The notes under the pieces are model-generated. The model had not been told where the DNA came from. It saw only the letters and a list, made by a program, of their open reading frames with translations, and did no database searches. This document shows, piece after piece, positions 49,989-58,888 of a stretch of DNA of 64,000 nucleotides. This DNA comes from Candidatus Nomurabacteria bacterium GW2011_GWB1_43_19 (lineage in GTDB: Bacteria > Patescibacteriota > Minisyncoccia > Phycocordibacterales > UBA9973): NCBI GenBank assembly GCA_000999465.1, contig LCGB01000003.1, positions 4,252 through 68,251 of the forward strand. Reading direction: 5' to 3'. Made by a program: the position numbers and the translations under genes. Each line of letters opens with the position of its first letter. Position 1 is the first letter of the stretch.

Positions 49989-50008
49989 TCTACGCTATGG
50001 CGTAGATT
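49987..50008. repeat. Short GCnATnGC-core palindrome
   Basis: AATCTAC-GCTATGGC-GTAGATT. Confidence 0.6.
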
Positions 50009-50009
50009 G

Positions 50010-50059
50010 ATTTATGTTATCACTTTTGGACGGCCGTCAAATTTGATAACATTAATACA
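50010..50059. repeat. Direct repeat copy 1 (palindromic site at the 3' end of a Cys-rich gene)
   Basis: 49/50 identical to 51360-51409; TGTTATCA...GACGGCCGTC...TGATAACA. Confidence 0.9.
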
Positions 50060-51356
50060 TCTCTGCCTGGTAGCACTTTTCGCAATATACAATTTCCGGC
50101 CTATCCGGAGCATAAGAGGTCTCAAATTCCACCGGGCACCTTGCCCCGCCCTGGCGCGGGTCCCCCGCCCCGTGGAAATGATTTTCTTTCTTACACATAC
50201 ATGAACGGTGCCAAAGTTTGAAAGGGTTGGTTCGTTTAACCCGCGCCTGGTGCCGGCAATGAAAACATCTCCTCGGAATAGGTATGTTCATTTTCTTATA
50301 AAAATTCAGTTCGTTCGAGACAATCTTGTAATTTCTCTTGCAGTTTGTGCACGCCAAAATTTCTTCCAGAATTGAATCGCCGACATCATCGATTGATTCG
50401 GGAATTTTTCCCGGCAATAAAGTTTCTTTGCCGGTAGTTTTTTGTATGTTGTTTTGCCAATTATACCCCGCTTCATTTGCTTCTTTTTTCGCAAGCGGAA
50501 ATTGTTCCATAGCGCAAGATTCGTTATAGCCGAAATATGAAAGTTCTACCGGAAAATATTCCCCGTATGAATACTTATTACCTTTTTTATCTAAAAAAGG
50601 CATGGTATCCATGTGCTCCATAATTTTAGGCATAAGTTCCCCATATTGTTCTTTGGTATATTGTTTATTAAAAATGCAATAATTCGTATTGCGTAGCCCC
50701 ACACAGCCGAAAACATGCTTGCAGTTGTGGCAATCGTAAAGAAATTGCGAGTCAACGCAGGCCAAGCAGATTTCCGAATATTTGGTCTGATATGACTTAC
50801 TACAAAGAATGCATTCATATATCCAATTGCTCTCTGACCGGATATTCATGCAGTCCACAATATCTTTGCCTTTCAATATGAAGAAGCTGTACATGACATT
50901 TTCCACGTACCATCCGGAAAAGCACATATAGCAATTCTTGGAAAACCACCAGTCGTGGGTGTATTCGCAGTTCAAGCTGGCAATCCCGTCGTCATTAACA
51001 ATTGCCATGTGCGGGACTCTTTTCATCAACTCAATGAATTGGGCAAAAAATGGCTTTGAAAAATCATAGTCAACCCCGTAACTTTTCGGATCCCATTTAT
51101 CACTCCACCAGCATTTATTGCAGTACACAATAATCCCGGAATCCGGATGGTAAATGGAAATAATTCCTTTGCCGCACAGGTCACATTTGCGATTATAAAG
51201 GGACATATTGTTCCTCCAGGCCCAACGCCTCTGCCTCCGGCAGTCCGGACAAAAGGTTGGCGGGGGAACCTTTATTTTCTCGTAAAATCCGAAATCATCC
51301 GGTTCTATAGTAAAATTCTTTTTGCAATTAACACAATTTTTTATATCCTGTTTCAT
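50052..51356 (-). CDS. Cys-rich zinc-ribbon family protein (one internal repeat missing)
   Basis: Same ends as the paralogs; 434 aa versus 576-590. Confidence 0.85.
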   Translation of the reverse strand: MKQDIKNCVNCKKNFTIEPDDFGFYEKIKVPPPTFCPDCRRQRRWAWRNNMSLYNRKCDLCGKGIISIYHPDSGIIVYCNKCWWSDKWDPKSYGVDYDFSKPFFAQFIELMKRVPHMAIVNDDGIASLNCEYTHDWWFSKNCYMCFSGWYVENVMYSFFILKGKDIVDCMNIRSESNWIYECILCSKSYQTKYSEICLACVDSQFLYDCHNCKHVFGCVGLRNTNYCIFNKQYTKEQYGELMPKIMEHMDTMPFLDKKGNKYSYGEYFPVELSYFGYNESCAMEQFPLAKKEANEAGYNWQNNIQKTTGKETLLPGKIPESIDDVGDSILEEILACTNCKRNYKIVSNELNFYKKMNIPIPRRCFHCRHQARVKRTNPFKLWHRSCMCKKENHFHGAGDPRQGGARCPVEFETSYAPDRPEIVYCEKCYQAEMY

Positions 51357-51359
51357 TTT

Positions 51360-51409
51360 ATTTATATTATCACTTTTGGACGGCCGTCAAATTTGATAAC
51401 ATTAATACA
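51360..51409. repeat. Direct repeat copy 2
   Basis: 1350 nt from copy 1, same position relative to the stop codon. Confidence 0.9.
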
Positions 51410-53105
51410 CTTCTGCCTGATAGCATTTCTCGCAGTATATGATTTCCGGTCGGTTGGGGGCGTAGGATGTTTCAAATTTGTTAAGGCAACCCTTTTTCAT
51501 ACATTTGCGGTGCCAGAGTTTACGTGGGTTACGCAAGACAAACCTGTCTTGTCTGCGACATGAAAAACATTTTTCTGGAATAGGTAGGTTGAGTATTTTG
51601 CATAATGAAAGTTCTAAAGGAATAATTTTGAAAGCGGTTATGCATAAGGGATATTTTTCTTTTTCACTGGAGGAGTTTTGTGAAGAGCATTGAATTGTTT
51701 CTTTTGCAAGATTTTCCTTTATATCGCTAAAAGTTTTCGGCAGATTTTTAGTCAGAAGCGTTATTTGATAATCGCGGGGTGGCCGGTCATACCAGGTGTA
51801 ACCCTTTTTAAGGACTTCATTTTTGGTTAGGGGGAAATAATCTTGCGCCATTGACTCGTTGTAGGCAAACGGTGAGACCCGCGCCGGGAAATATTCCCCC
51901 CATTCCTTTGTCTTCCTCATGTGCTCAATTATCTCACTTTTGAGTTTGGTATATTGCTCCTTTGTGTATTGCTTGTTTAATATGCAGTATTGCCCTTTTT
52001 TAAGACCAAAACATCCAAAACAATTATCCGTTGTAAAGCACATATCGCAGTAACATGAATCCGTTATGCTGTTAAAACAACTTCTGATAAACATTGACCG
52101 GTGCGGCGACTCAACCCCTTGAACTTCATACGATAATTCACCAATAATTACTTCCGTGCAATCCTGACAATCAGCCGTCTTAAACCACACATCTTGCATA
52201 TACGCAGTATCTTTAAGAAGATGACAATTAAATACACGTCGTGCTCGTTGCGTACTTCCTATATAATCTCCTGTCGAATTTTGAATTTTTGAACCATGAT
52301 AATATTTTACCGGAGTACTAATGTTAAGTTCCATAACTTTTTTTTTCGATTCTTCTATGGAACTCCTATTAAATGAAAATTTTTTTAATTTTTCTTCATA
52401 TTGCGTTTTTGTAAGAGCTTTATTAAACCAATAATACTGCCTCTTGCGGAGACCCACACATCCAAAACAATTCAAACATCCCCTACAATCAATACAAAAT
52501 TCAAGTCCGACAGAATCAAAACAATCTTGACACCATACACATTTAGAACACCTTGCAATATTCATACATTCATAACAAAACTCACTTTTAAAGGCCATGT
52601 AGCAGTCGCTTAAAAAGTGACTGTCATGACACCAGCTTCCATACATACACTTTTCATTTGAGCCGCTGGTAACCAGCATATAACACTCCTTGTTGTCCTG
52701 AGACTGGTTTGTGTACTCGCTGTTAACGCTGTTTGAATTAACCATCGCCAGATGTGGCACTTCACGGCGAAGCTCTTCATACTGTTCAAAAAAGGACCGG
52801 CTAAAATCAAAGTCTCGCCCGTAATCCTTGGCATCAAAGGCGTCGGATTTCCAATATTCCTGCTCATACACCGAGAATGGAGCATCTGGGCGATAAATAG
52901 AAATAATGTCTTTTCCTGTAGCGTCGCATTTTCTTTTATAAAAGTTATATTCGTTTCTGTCTAACAAGCGCCTGATGTATCGACAATCCGGGCAAAAGGT
53001 TGGCGGGGGAACCTTTATTTTCTCGTAAAATCCGAAATCATCCGGCTCGATTATAAAATTGCCCTTACAATTCTGACACACCACATTTTGTGATTTATAT
53101 TCCAT
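51402..53105 (-). CDS. Cys-rich zinc-ribbon family protein (full length)
   Basis: MEYKSQNVVCQNC start; same architecture; the longer ORF start lies inside a hairpin element. Confidence 0.85.
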   Translation of the reverse strand: MEYKSQNVVCQNCKGNFIIEPDDFGFYEKIKVPPPTFCPDCRYIRRLLDRNEYNFYKRKCDATGKDIISIYRPDAPFSVYEQEYWKSDAFDAKDYGRDFDFSRSFFEQYEELRREVPHLAMVNSNSVNSEYTNQSQDNKECYMLVTSGSNEKCMYGSWCHDSHFLSDCYMAFKSEFCYECMNIARCSKCVWCQDCFDSVGLEFCIDCRGCLNCFGCVGLRKRQYYWFNKALTKTQYEEKLKKFSFNRSSIEESKKKVMELNISTPVKYYHGSKIQNSTGDYIGSTQRARRVFNCHLLKDTAYMQDVWFKTADCQDCTEVIIGELSYEVQGVESPHRSMFIRSCFNSITDSCYCDMCFTTDNCFGCFGLKKGQYCILNKQYTKEQYTKLKSEIIEHMRKTKEWGEYFPARVSPFAYNESMAQDYFPLTKNEVLKKGYTWYDRPPRDYQITLLTKNLPKTFSDIKENLAKETIQCSSQNSSSEKEKYPLCITAFKIIPLELSLCKILNLPIPEKCFSCRRQDRFVLRNPRKLWHRKCMKKGCLNKFETSYAPNRPEIIYCEKCYQAEVY

Positions 53106-53115
53106 AACTTTTTTG

Positions 53116-53176
53116 TCCCGATTCTGATTCATCAGAATCGTGGATCCTCGATTTTTTAAATTTCAAGAAATCGGGA
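53116..53176. mobile_element. 61-bp double-hairpin element (TCCCGA..TCGGGA family)
   Basis: TCCCGATT/AATCGGGA termini, two internal hairpins around GGATCC; interrupts MQSETKICQN-C. Confidence 0.65.
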
Positions 53177-53258
53177 CAATTCTGGCATATTTTTGTTTCA
53201 CTTTGCATATTTTTCTATTCTATAATTCTATAGAATATTAGAATACCGAGCAATGTAA

Positions 53259-53846
53259 TTAATTTTCTTCTTTGCTTTCTTCTTCCAAATTTTTGGCGGC
53301 GATTTCTATGGAACCGTTCACTTCTGCCCAGTCCGGCAGTTCTTCCAAAGATTTTATTCCCATATACGACATCAGCTCAAAGCTTGGCTTGTAGATATAC
53401 CGCCGGTTGTCTTTCGGGTCCGTTTCCCTTTCCACCAGTCCGCGCACCGAAAGAGCCCGTAAAATAAAGCTTGAATTGACTCCCCGGATATAGTCAATTT
53501 CCGACCGGCTGATGCCGTTCTTGTAAAGAATGATTGACAGGGTCTCCAAACTGGCCTTGGAAAGTTCTTTATTTAACTCTTCCTTTTGCAGTTTTTCAAT
53601 CAGCGGGCTCAATTCCGGGGCGGTGCCGAGCGTGATTTCGTCGTCCTTTTCAATCAGGACTATTCCCCTATTCTTCAAATTCTCTTTCAATTTTTCTATC
53701 GCTTCGTTTATCTCTAACTGCCCTATCCTTCCTTGTCCGTCCGAAGCCTTAGCGGAGGAGGATAAAATCTCCGCCAGCCTTTTCCGCGACATGGGCTCCC
53801 CTTTCCAGAACAATATGGCTTCAATTTTATTTTGTAAATTACTCAT
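53259..53846 (-). CDS. scpB: Segregation and condensation protein B
   Basis: IEAILF, LSKASLETL, IDYIRGV; in-frame element at 53725-53763. Confidence 0.92.
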   Translation of the reverse strand: MSNLQNKIEAILFWKGEPMSRKRLAEILSSSAKASDGQGRIGQLEINEAIEKLKENLKNRGIVLIEKDDEITLGTAPELSPLIEKLQKEELNKELSKASLETLSIILYKNGISRSEIDYIRGVNSSFILRALSVRGLVERETDPKDNRRYIYKPSFELMSYMGIKSLEELPDWAEVNGSIEIAAKNLEEESKEEN

Positions 53847-54570
53847 TATTTTTACTAATAATAATATCTCCCGCGTGCATTTCCTGGGTCGCATCCACTA
53901 TTCCCTGCCGGATAAGTTCCAACATGGCCAGGAATCCCACAATCATGACTATCTTTTCTTCGCGCGTAGCCGAGGCGACCAGCTGTCCGTTGAAATCTTT
54001 GAAATTCATTTTTAAAGAATTTTTTATCCGATCCGTCAGTTTGTTTATCATCTCTTCAATGCTTACCACTTTTCTCACTTCCACTTCCGGCATTAAAATC
54101 TTTTTCGGCATTGCCCCCAAGACATTCCGGGCAAAAGTCATTATGCTTTTTTTGGTGATTTGTTCATCCGGTAAGAATATCAGGAAATTATTTTTCCGTT
54201 CCAAAGGCGCGAAGATTATTCTCCTGCCGAATTGGCTTTTTATATTTCCTCCCAATTTGGTAAAAAGTTCGTATAAACGCAGCCGCTCTTCTAAATTTTT
54301 TATGTCGCCCTCTTCTTCCCCGGTCAGATCCAGATTGGGCAGGAGCGACTTGGACTTGATTAAAAGCAGGGTGGAGGCCACTAGAATAAAACTGGCAATC
54401 TCGGCCGGGGGCAATCCCCCTAATTTATTCATGTATTTCAAATAGTCCTCGGTAACGGCCGCCAGAGACACGTCGTTGATGAAAAGCTTGCGCTTCTCCA
54501 CCAGTTCTAACAACAGGGCAAACGGACCCTCAAATCCGGAGGTCTTTATTTTATAACTTTGGGTTTCCAC
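53839..54570 (-). CDS. scpA: Segregation and condensation protein A
   Basis: FEGP..LLL, IKSK.LLP, FLAMLEL. Confidence 0.92.
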   Translation of the reverse strand: METQSYKIKTSGFEGPFALLLELVEKRKLFINDVSLAAVTEDYLKYMNKLGGLPPAEIASFILVASTLLLIKSKSLLPNLDLTGEEEGDIKNLEERLRLYELFTKLGGNIKSQFGRRIIFAPLERKNNFLIFLPDEQITKKSIMTFARNVLGAMPKKILMPEVEVRKVVSIEEMINKLTDRIKNSLKMNFKDFNGQLVASATREEKIVMIVGFLAMLELIRQGIVDATQEMHAGDIIISKNNE

Positions 54571-54615
54571 CCTTGTATATTAGCATTTTTTAAGGAAAAA
54601 GATATAATAAAACTC

Positions 54616-55956
54616 ATGAAAAGAAAATCCACTGCAAAAAGAACCACACGCTCTGCCGCCTACGAACCCAGTAAAATAATCCTTGACCGCTACGCTAAAG
54701 TCCTGGTCCGTTTCGCTCTGGGCGGCGGCAAAGGCATAAAGAAGGGTGATGTCGTCCAGGTCAGCAGTTCCGAGTCCGCCCGCAGGCTTTATTTTGCCGT
54801 ATGTAATGCCATTATTGATGCCGGTGGCCATGTATTGCCGAACTATTCGCCTGACGCAGAACGGGGGGATCGCCGTCGCAGTGAGAGTTTTACCAGATAT
54901 TTTTACGAACACGCGCAGGACCACCAGATGGACCACTTTCCCCATAAATATCTTAAGGGGTTAGTGGACCAGATGGACCATTCTGTTTTTATTCTGGCGG
55001 ATGCCGACCCTCATGCGCTCCGGGGTGTGAACCCAAAAAAAATCATGCGCCGCGGCGTCGCACTCAAGCGCTTTATGGACTGGCGTCATGAGAAGGAATG
55101 GCAGGGTAAATTTACCTGGACCATCGCCTTGTACGGCACATCGGCAATGGCCCGTGAGGCAGGACTGGGCGAGCGCGAATACTGGAGACAAATTATCAAG
55201 GCCTGTTTTCTGGACGAAAAAGACCCAATCAAAAAATGGAAAGATGTGTATCGTAAAATGGAGCACTACCGCACTCGCCTAAACCGGCTGGCTCCAAAGA
55301 CCGACCGGATTTATGTCGTCGGCCCGGATGTGAATCTCTGGGTAAAGCTCGGAGAAAAACGAAACTGGCTTGGGGGCAGCGGCCGCAATATTCCTTCCTT
55401 TGAATTGTTTACTTCGCCGGACTGGCGCGGGACTTCCGGCTGGATTCGCTTCAATCAGCCCCTTTATCGGTATAGTAATAAAATAATCGGCATTGAACTC
55501 GTGTTTGAAAATGGCAGAGTCGTTAAATCCAAGGCCAAAACTAATGAAAAGTTGCTAAAAGAAATGATCGCCACAAAGGGCGCAGATAAGATCGGAGAAT
55601 TTTCTTTGACTGACCGTAGATTTTCGCGCATTACTAAATTCATGGCTGAAACCCTTTTCGACGAGAACATGGGCGGCCCGCACGGCAATACCCACATTGC
55701 AGTAGGTATGTCTTATCGCGACACCTACGCCGGCGATGCCTCCAAACTTTCTAAAAAAGAGGCCGAGGCCTTGGGCTTTAATGATTCCTCAGTGCATACG
55801 GATATGATTTCAACCGCGCCCCGCACCGTTACCGCCCACCTCAAAAACGGCCCCGGCGCCTCTCGGGTTATCTCCCAGGTCCTGGAACGCCTGGAAGGTA
55901 ATATTGCATGGCTGAAAAAGGATGAGAAAAAAATTGAGGGGTTTTTAGAAAAATAA
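54616..55956 (+). CDS. M29 (aminopeptidase II) peptidase with atypical C-terminal tail
   Basis: NIPSFELFT, GEF, LFDEN, HIAVG, SSVHTD. Confidence 0.85.
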   Translation: MKRKSTAKRTTRSAAYEPSKIILDRYAKVLVRFALGGGKGIKKGDVVQVSSSESARRLYFAVCNAIIDAGGHVLPNYSPDAERGDRRRSESFTRYFYEHAQDHQMDHFPHKYLKGLVDQMDHSVFILADADPHALRGVNPKKIMRRGVALKRFMDWRHEKEWQGKFTWTIALYGTSAMAREAGLGEREYWRQIIKACFLDEKDPIKKWKDVYRKMEHYRTRLNRLAPKTDRIYVVGPDVNLWVKLGEKRNWLGGSGRNIPSFELFTSPDWRGTSGWIRFNQPLYRYSNKIIGIELVFENGRVVKSKAKTNEKLLKEMIATKGADKIGEFSLTDRRFSRITKFMAETLFDENMGGPHGNTHIAVGMSYRDTYAGDASKLSKKEAEALGFNDSSVHTDMISTAPRTVTAHLKNGPGASRVISQVLERLEGNIAWLKKDEKKIEGFLEK

Positions 55957-55957
55957 T

Positions 55958-56284
55958 TTAATTGCGCGCGTCTACTTTCGCCGCAACGATAAAATCATTC
56001 TCGGAGAGTCCGCCGATGGCGTGGGTGGAAAGCGAAAGCAGCACTTTGCTGTAGTTTATTTTTATGTCCGGGTGGTGGCCTTCGGATTCGGCGATTTCGG
56101 CCACATTGTTGACGAAATTGATCGCTCCGATGAAATCCTTGAATTTGAATTGTTTGGAAATTTGTTTCGCCCCTTCGTTCAATTCCCAATCCGGTACATC
56201 CCCCATATATTTTAACGCCTCATCTTTGGAGAGCGGCACCGCTCCCCCTTCGCACGGCACGCATTTTTTCTTTAGTAAATCCAT
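55958..56284 (-). CDS. Pterin-4a-carbinolamine dehydratase
   Basis: CVPCEGG, EGHHPD, THAIGGLSENDF. Confidence 0.92.
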   Translation of the reverse strand: MDLLKKKCVPCEGGAVPLSKDEALKYMGDVPDWELNEGAKQISKQFKFKDFIGAINFVNNVAEIAESEGHHPDIKINYSKVLLSLSTHAIGGLSENDFIVAAKVDARN

Positions 56285-56321
56285 TTGCAATAATTATACC
56301 ATAAATAAGTGACAAAGAATT

Positions 56322-57560
56322 CTAAAGCTCGTCTAAATTTAGAAATATGTGCCCCATTTTATTACGCTTTGTGATAAGGTAATTTTTATTATATTCGTTT
56401 GATTTTATTTCTATCGGAACATTCTCTACAATTTCAAAACCATATCCCGTAAGACCAGCGCGTTTTTTGGGATTGTTTGTCAAGAGACGAATTTTAGAAA
56501 CACCCAGATCCCTCAAAATCTGCGCCCCAATGCCGTAGTCCCTTTCATCCATTTTGAAACCAAGTTTCAAATTTGCTTCTACCGTGTCAAAACCTTGTTC
56601 TTGTAGTTTGTAAGCTTTTAATTTATTTAAAAGACCTATTCCTCTGCCTTCTTGATTCATATATACAATCACACCCTTACCTGCAATACTTATGAGCTCC
56701 ATCGCCCTCTCAAGCTGAGGTCCGCAGTCGCACCTAAAAGACCCAAAAACATCTCCAGTAATGCAAGAAGAATGCATCCGCACCAAAATAGGTTCGTTTT
56801 CCCCCCAGACACCTTTAACCAAAGCCAGATTTTCTTCGCCCGTATTTTGGTGGCGATAGATGTAAAGATTAAAATCTCCCCATTTTGTTGGCAATTTTAC
56901 TTGTACTTCTTTTTTTATAAGAGTCTCTTTCTTTAATCTATAACGTATTAAATCTTCTATGCTAATTATTTTTAATTTAAATTTTTTTGCGATTTTAAAT
57001 AATTCCGGCAGCCGCGCCATCGCGCCATCTTTCTTCATAATCTCTACCAGAATACCTGCCGGCTCCATACCCGCCAAGCGCGCCAAATCTACAGCCGCCT
57101 CCGTATGCCCGGCTCTTCTTAAAATTCCACCGTCCATGGCTTGAATAGGGAAAATATGCCCTGGTCGGCCAAGATTGTTGGGTTTTATTGAAGGATCAAC
57201 TAAAGCTTGTATTGTCTTTGCTCTATCATGAGCAGAAATACCTGTTGTACAACCGTGTCCAAGCAGGTCAACTGAAATAGTGAAAGATGTGGAATGAAAA
57301 GACGTATTTTTAGAAGACATCATAGGAAGCTCCAGCTCTCTACACCTCTCTTCTGTAAGAGATACACAAACGAGGCCACGCCCATGGGTTGTCATAAAAT
57401 TGATTATTTCGGGTGTCGCATTTTTAGCAGCCGTTACAAAATCTCCTTCATTTTCGCGATTTGCGTCATCCACTACGATTACAATTTTGCTGGACTTTAT
57501 GTCTGAAATAGCGTCTTCTATAGAATTTAATTTAAATTCAGTTTTTTGATTTTTTTTCAT
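56322..57560 (-). CDS. ribBA: DHBP synthase / GTP cyclohydrolase II
   Basis: [34 protein letters not shown]. Confidence 0.96.
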   Translation of the reverse strand: MKKNQKTEFKLNSIEDAISDIKSSKIVIVVDDANRENEGDFVTAAKNATPEIINFMTTHGRGLVCVSLTEERCRELELPMMSSKNTSFHSTSFTISVDLLGHGCTTGISAHDRAKTIQALVDPSIKPNNLGRPGHIFPIQAMDGGILRRAGHTEAAVDLARLAGMEPAGILVEIMKKDGAMARLPELFKIAKKFKLKIISIEDLIRYRLKKETLIKKEVQVKLPTKWGDFNLYIYRHQNTGEENLALVKGVWGENEPILVRMHSSCITGDVFGSFRCDCGPQLERAMELISIAGKGVIVYMNQEGRGIGLLNKLKAYKLQEQGFDTVEANLKLGFKMDERDYGIGAQILRDLGVSKIRLLTNNPKKRAGLTGYGFEIVENVPIEIKSNEYNKNYLITKRNKMGHIFLNLDEL

Positions 57561-58003
57561 CTTAATAAAACAAGTTCAAGCGCAGCCAAGGATGCTTCAC
57601 CTCCGACGTGAATTCTTTTTCGGGCTTGTTTGATATTGTTTACTGTAAGCACTCCGAAGCCAACAGGAATGCTATCTTCAATCATAACCTTCAAAACGCC
57701 TTCTTGTGCCATTTTGCAAACATAATCAAAGTGTGGCGTTTCTCCACGAATTACGCACCCAAGCACCACTAGAAAATCATATTTATTAGTTAATGCCAGT
57801 TTGTGTAAAGCAAAAGGAAGTTCAACCGAACCGGCAACATGTACTGTTCTTATATTTTTTTCAACCACTCCGCTTTTCTTTAAGGCAGACAAAGCAGACT
57901 TTAAAAGTTTTTCAGTAACTTCACTATTCCAACGAGCCAGCACAATCCCAGCTTTCAACTCTTTGCCATTTAAATATTTAATCTTTGTATTTTTTACTTG
58001 CAT
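57557..58003 (-). CDS. ribH: Lumazine synthase
   Basis: [28 protein letters not shown]. Confidence 0.94.
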   Translation of the reverse strand: MQVKNTKIKYLNGKELKAGIVLARWNSEVTEKLLKSALSALKKSGVVEKNIRTVHVAGSVELPFALHKLALTNKYDFLVVLGCVIRGETPHFDYVCKMAQEGVLKVMIEDSIPVGFGVLTVNNIKQARKRIHVGGEASLAALELVLLR

Positions 58004-58565
58004 GCGCGTATTTGGCTAGTATATCAAATTCTAAATTAACAAAATCACCCTTTCTTTTATGTTTAATATTTGTATATTTCAAGGTATGTGGAATAATTTT
58101 GACAAAAAAAGAATTTTTTGAAATTCTTGTAACGGTTAAACTGACCCCTTCTACTGTGACTGCTCCCTTGTAAACTAAAAATTGTCTGAAATTTTTAGCG
58201 GGTATTTTTATTTCAAATACTTGTGAATTTCCCTCTTTTCTTATATTTAGTATTTCACCCTTTCCATCAACATGTCCAAGCACTATATGCCCGCTTATGC
58301 TGTCACCCAGGCGCATTGATGGTTCAATATTTACTGTATCACCTTTCTTTAAAAAACTTAAATTGGTAAGACTGAGAGTTTCTGGCATATATTCAAAAGA
58401 AATATTTTTATTTAACTTTTTAACAGTAGAACAGACACCATTTACGGAAATACTTTCTCCTAATTTTACCTTTCCCAGAGTATTTGCAATATCCAAAGAC
58501 ATTCCGCCATGGGCGGATTTTATGTTTTTAACTTTTGCAGTTTTAGAAATTATACCTGTGAACAT
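57978..58565 (-). CDS. ribE: Riboflavin synthase
   Basis: MFTGII, SISVNGVC, GHIVLGHVD, GVSLTV. Confidence 0.94.
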   Translation of the reverse strand: MFTGIISKTAKVKNIKSAHGGMSLDIANTLGKVKLGESISVNGVCSTVKKLNKNISFEYMPETLSLTNLSFLKKGDTVNIEPSMRLGDSISGHIVLGHVDGKGEILNIRKEGNSQVFEIKIPAKNFRQFLVYKGAVTVEGVSLTVTRISKNSFFVKIIPHTLKYTNIKHKRKGDFVNLEFDILAKYAHASKKYKD

Positions 58566-58885
58566 ATTTTTAAATCTTCCTCAATCTGTCTTATTAACTC
58601 TTCTTCAGTATTAAATTTTTTATAATTTCGTAAAAATTCTTTAGTTTCGAGTATAACTGTATTGCCGTAAGCATCTCCACTATATCCAAGCAAATGCACT
58701 TCCACTTTACCGCTAGGGTTTATGAGAATACCCGCTCTGTAACTTTTATTGTTCATTATCGCATTTCCGGTATACACCCCAGCAGGAGGCAATGTGTCGC
58801 TAGTTTCTAAATTCACCGTCGGAAAACCAAGCTTCTTGCCATAGCCATCCCCTTTTATCACCTTCCCAGAAAGTATATAGTGCAT
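58550..58885 (-). CDS. Stand-alone riboflavin kinase domain
   Basis: GDGYGKKLGFPTVN, EVHLL, YG, FLR; no FAD synthetase domain. Confidence 0.85.
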   Translation of the reverse strand: MHYILSGKVIKGDGYGKKLGFPTVNLETSDTLPPAGVYTGNAIMNNKSYRAGILINPSGKVEVHLLGYSGDAYGNTVILETKEFLRNYKKFNTEEELIRQIEEDLKICSQV

Positions 58886-58888
58886 TTA

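Noticed and set aside
2746-50008. CRISPR array from the 34-bp palindromes
   Set aside because: Copies are kilobases apart and degenerate; there is no repeat-spacer periodicity and no cas gene.
50010-51409. Integron attC sites
   Set aside because: The ends read GTTATCA...TGATAAC, the reverse order of RYYYAAC...GTTRRRY; the site is short and no integrase is in the window.
25978-53132. Diversity-generating retroelement targeting the Cys-rich genes
   Set aside because: No reverse transcriptase and no TR/VR pair; differences between 3' ends are mostly synonymous rather than adenine-specific.
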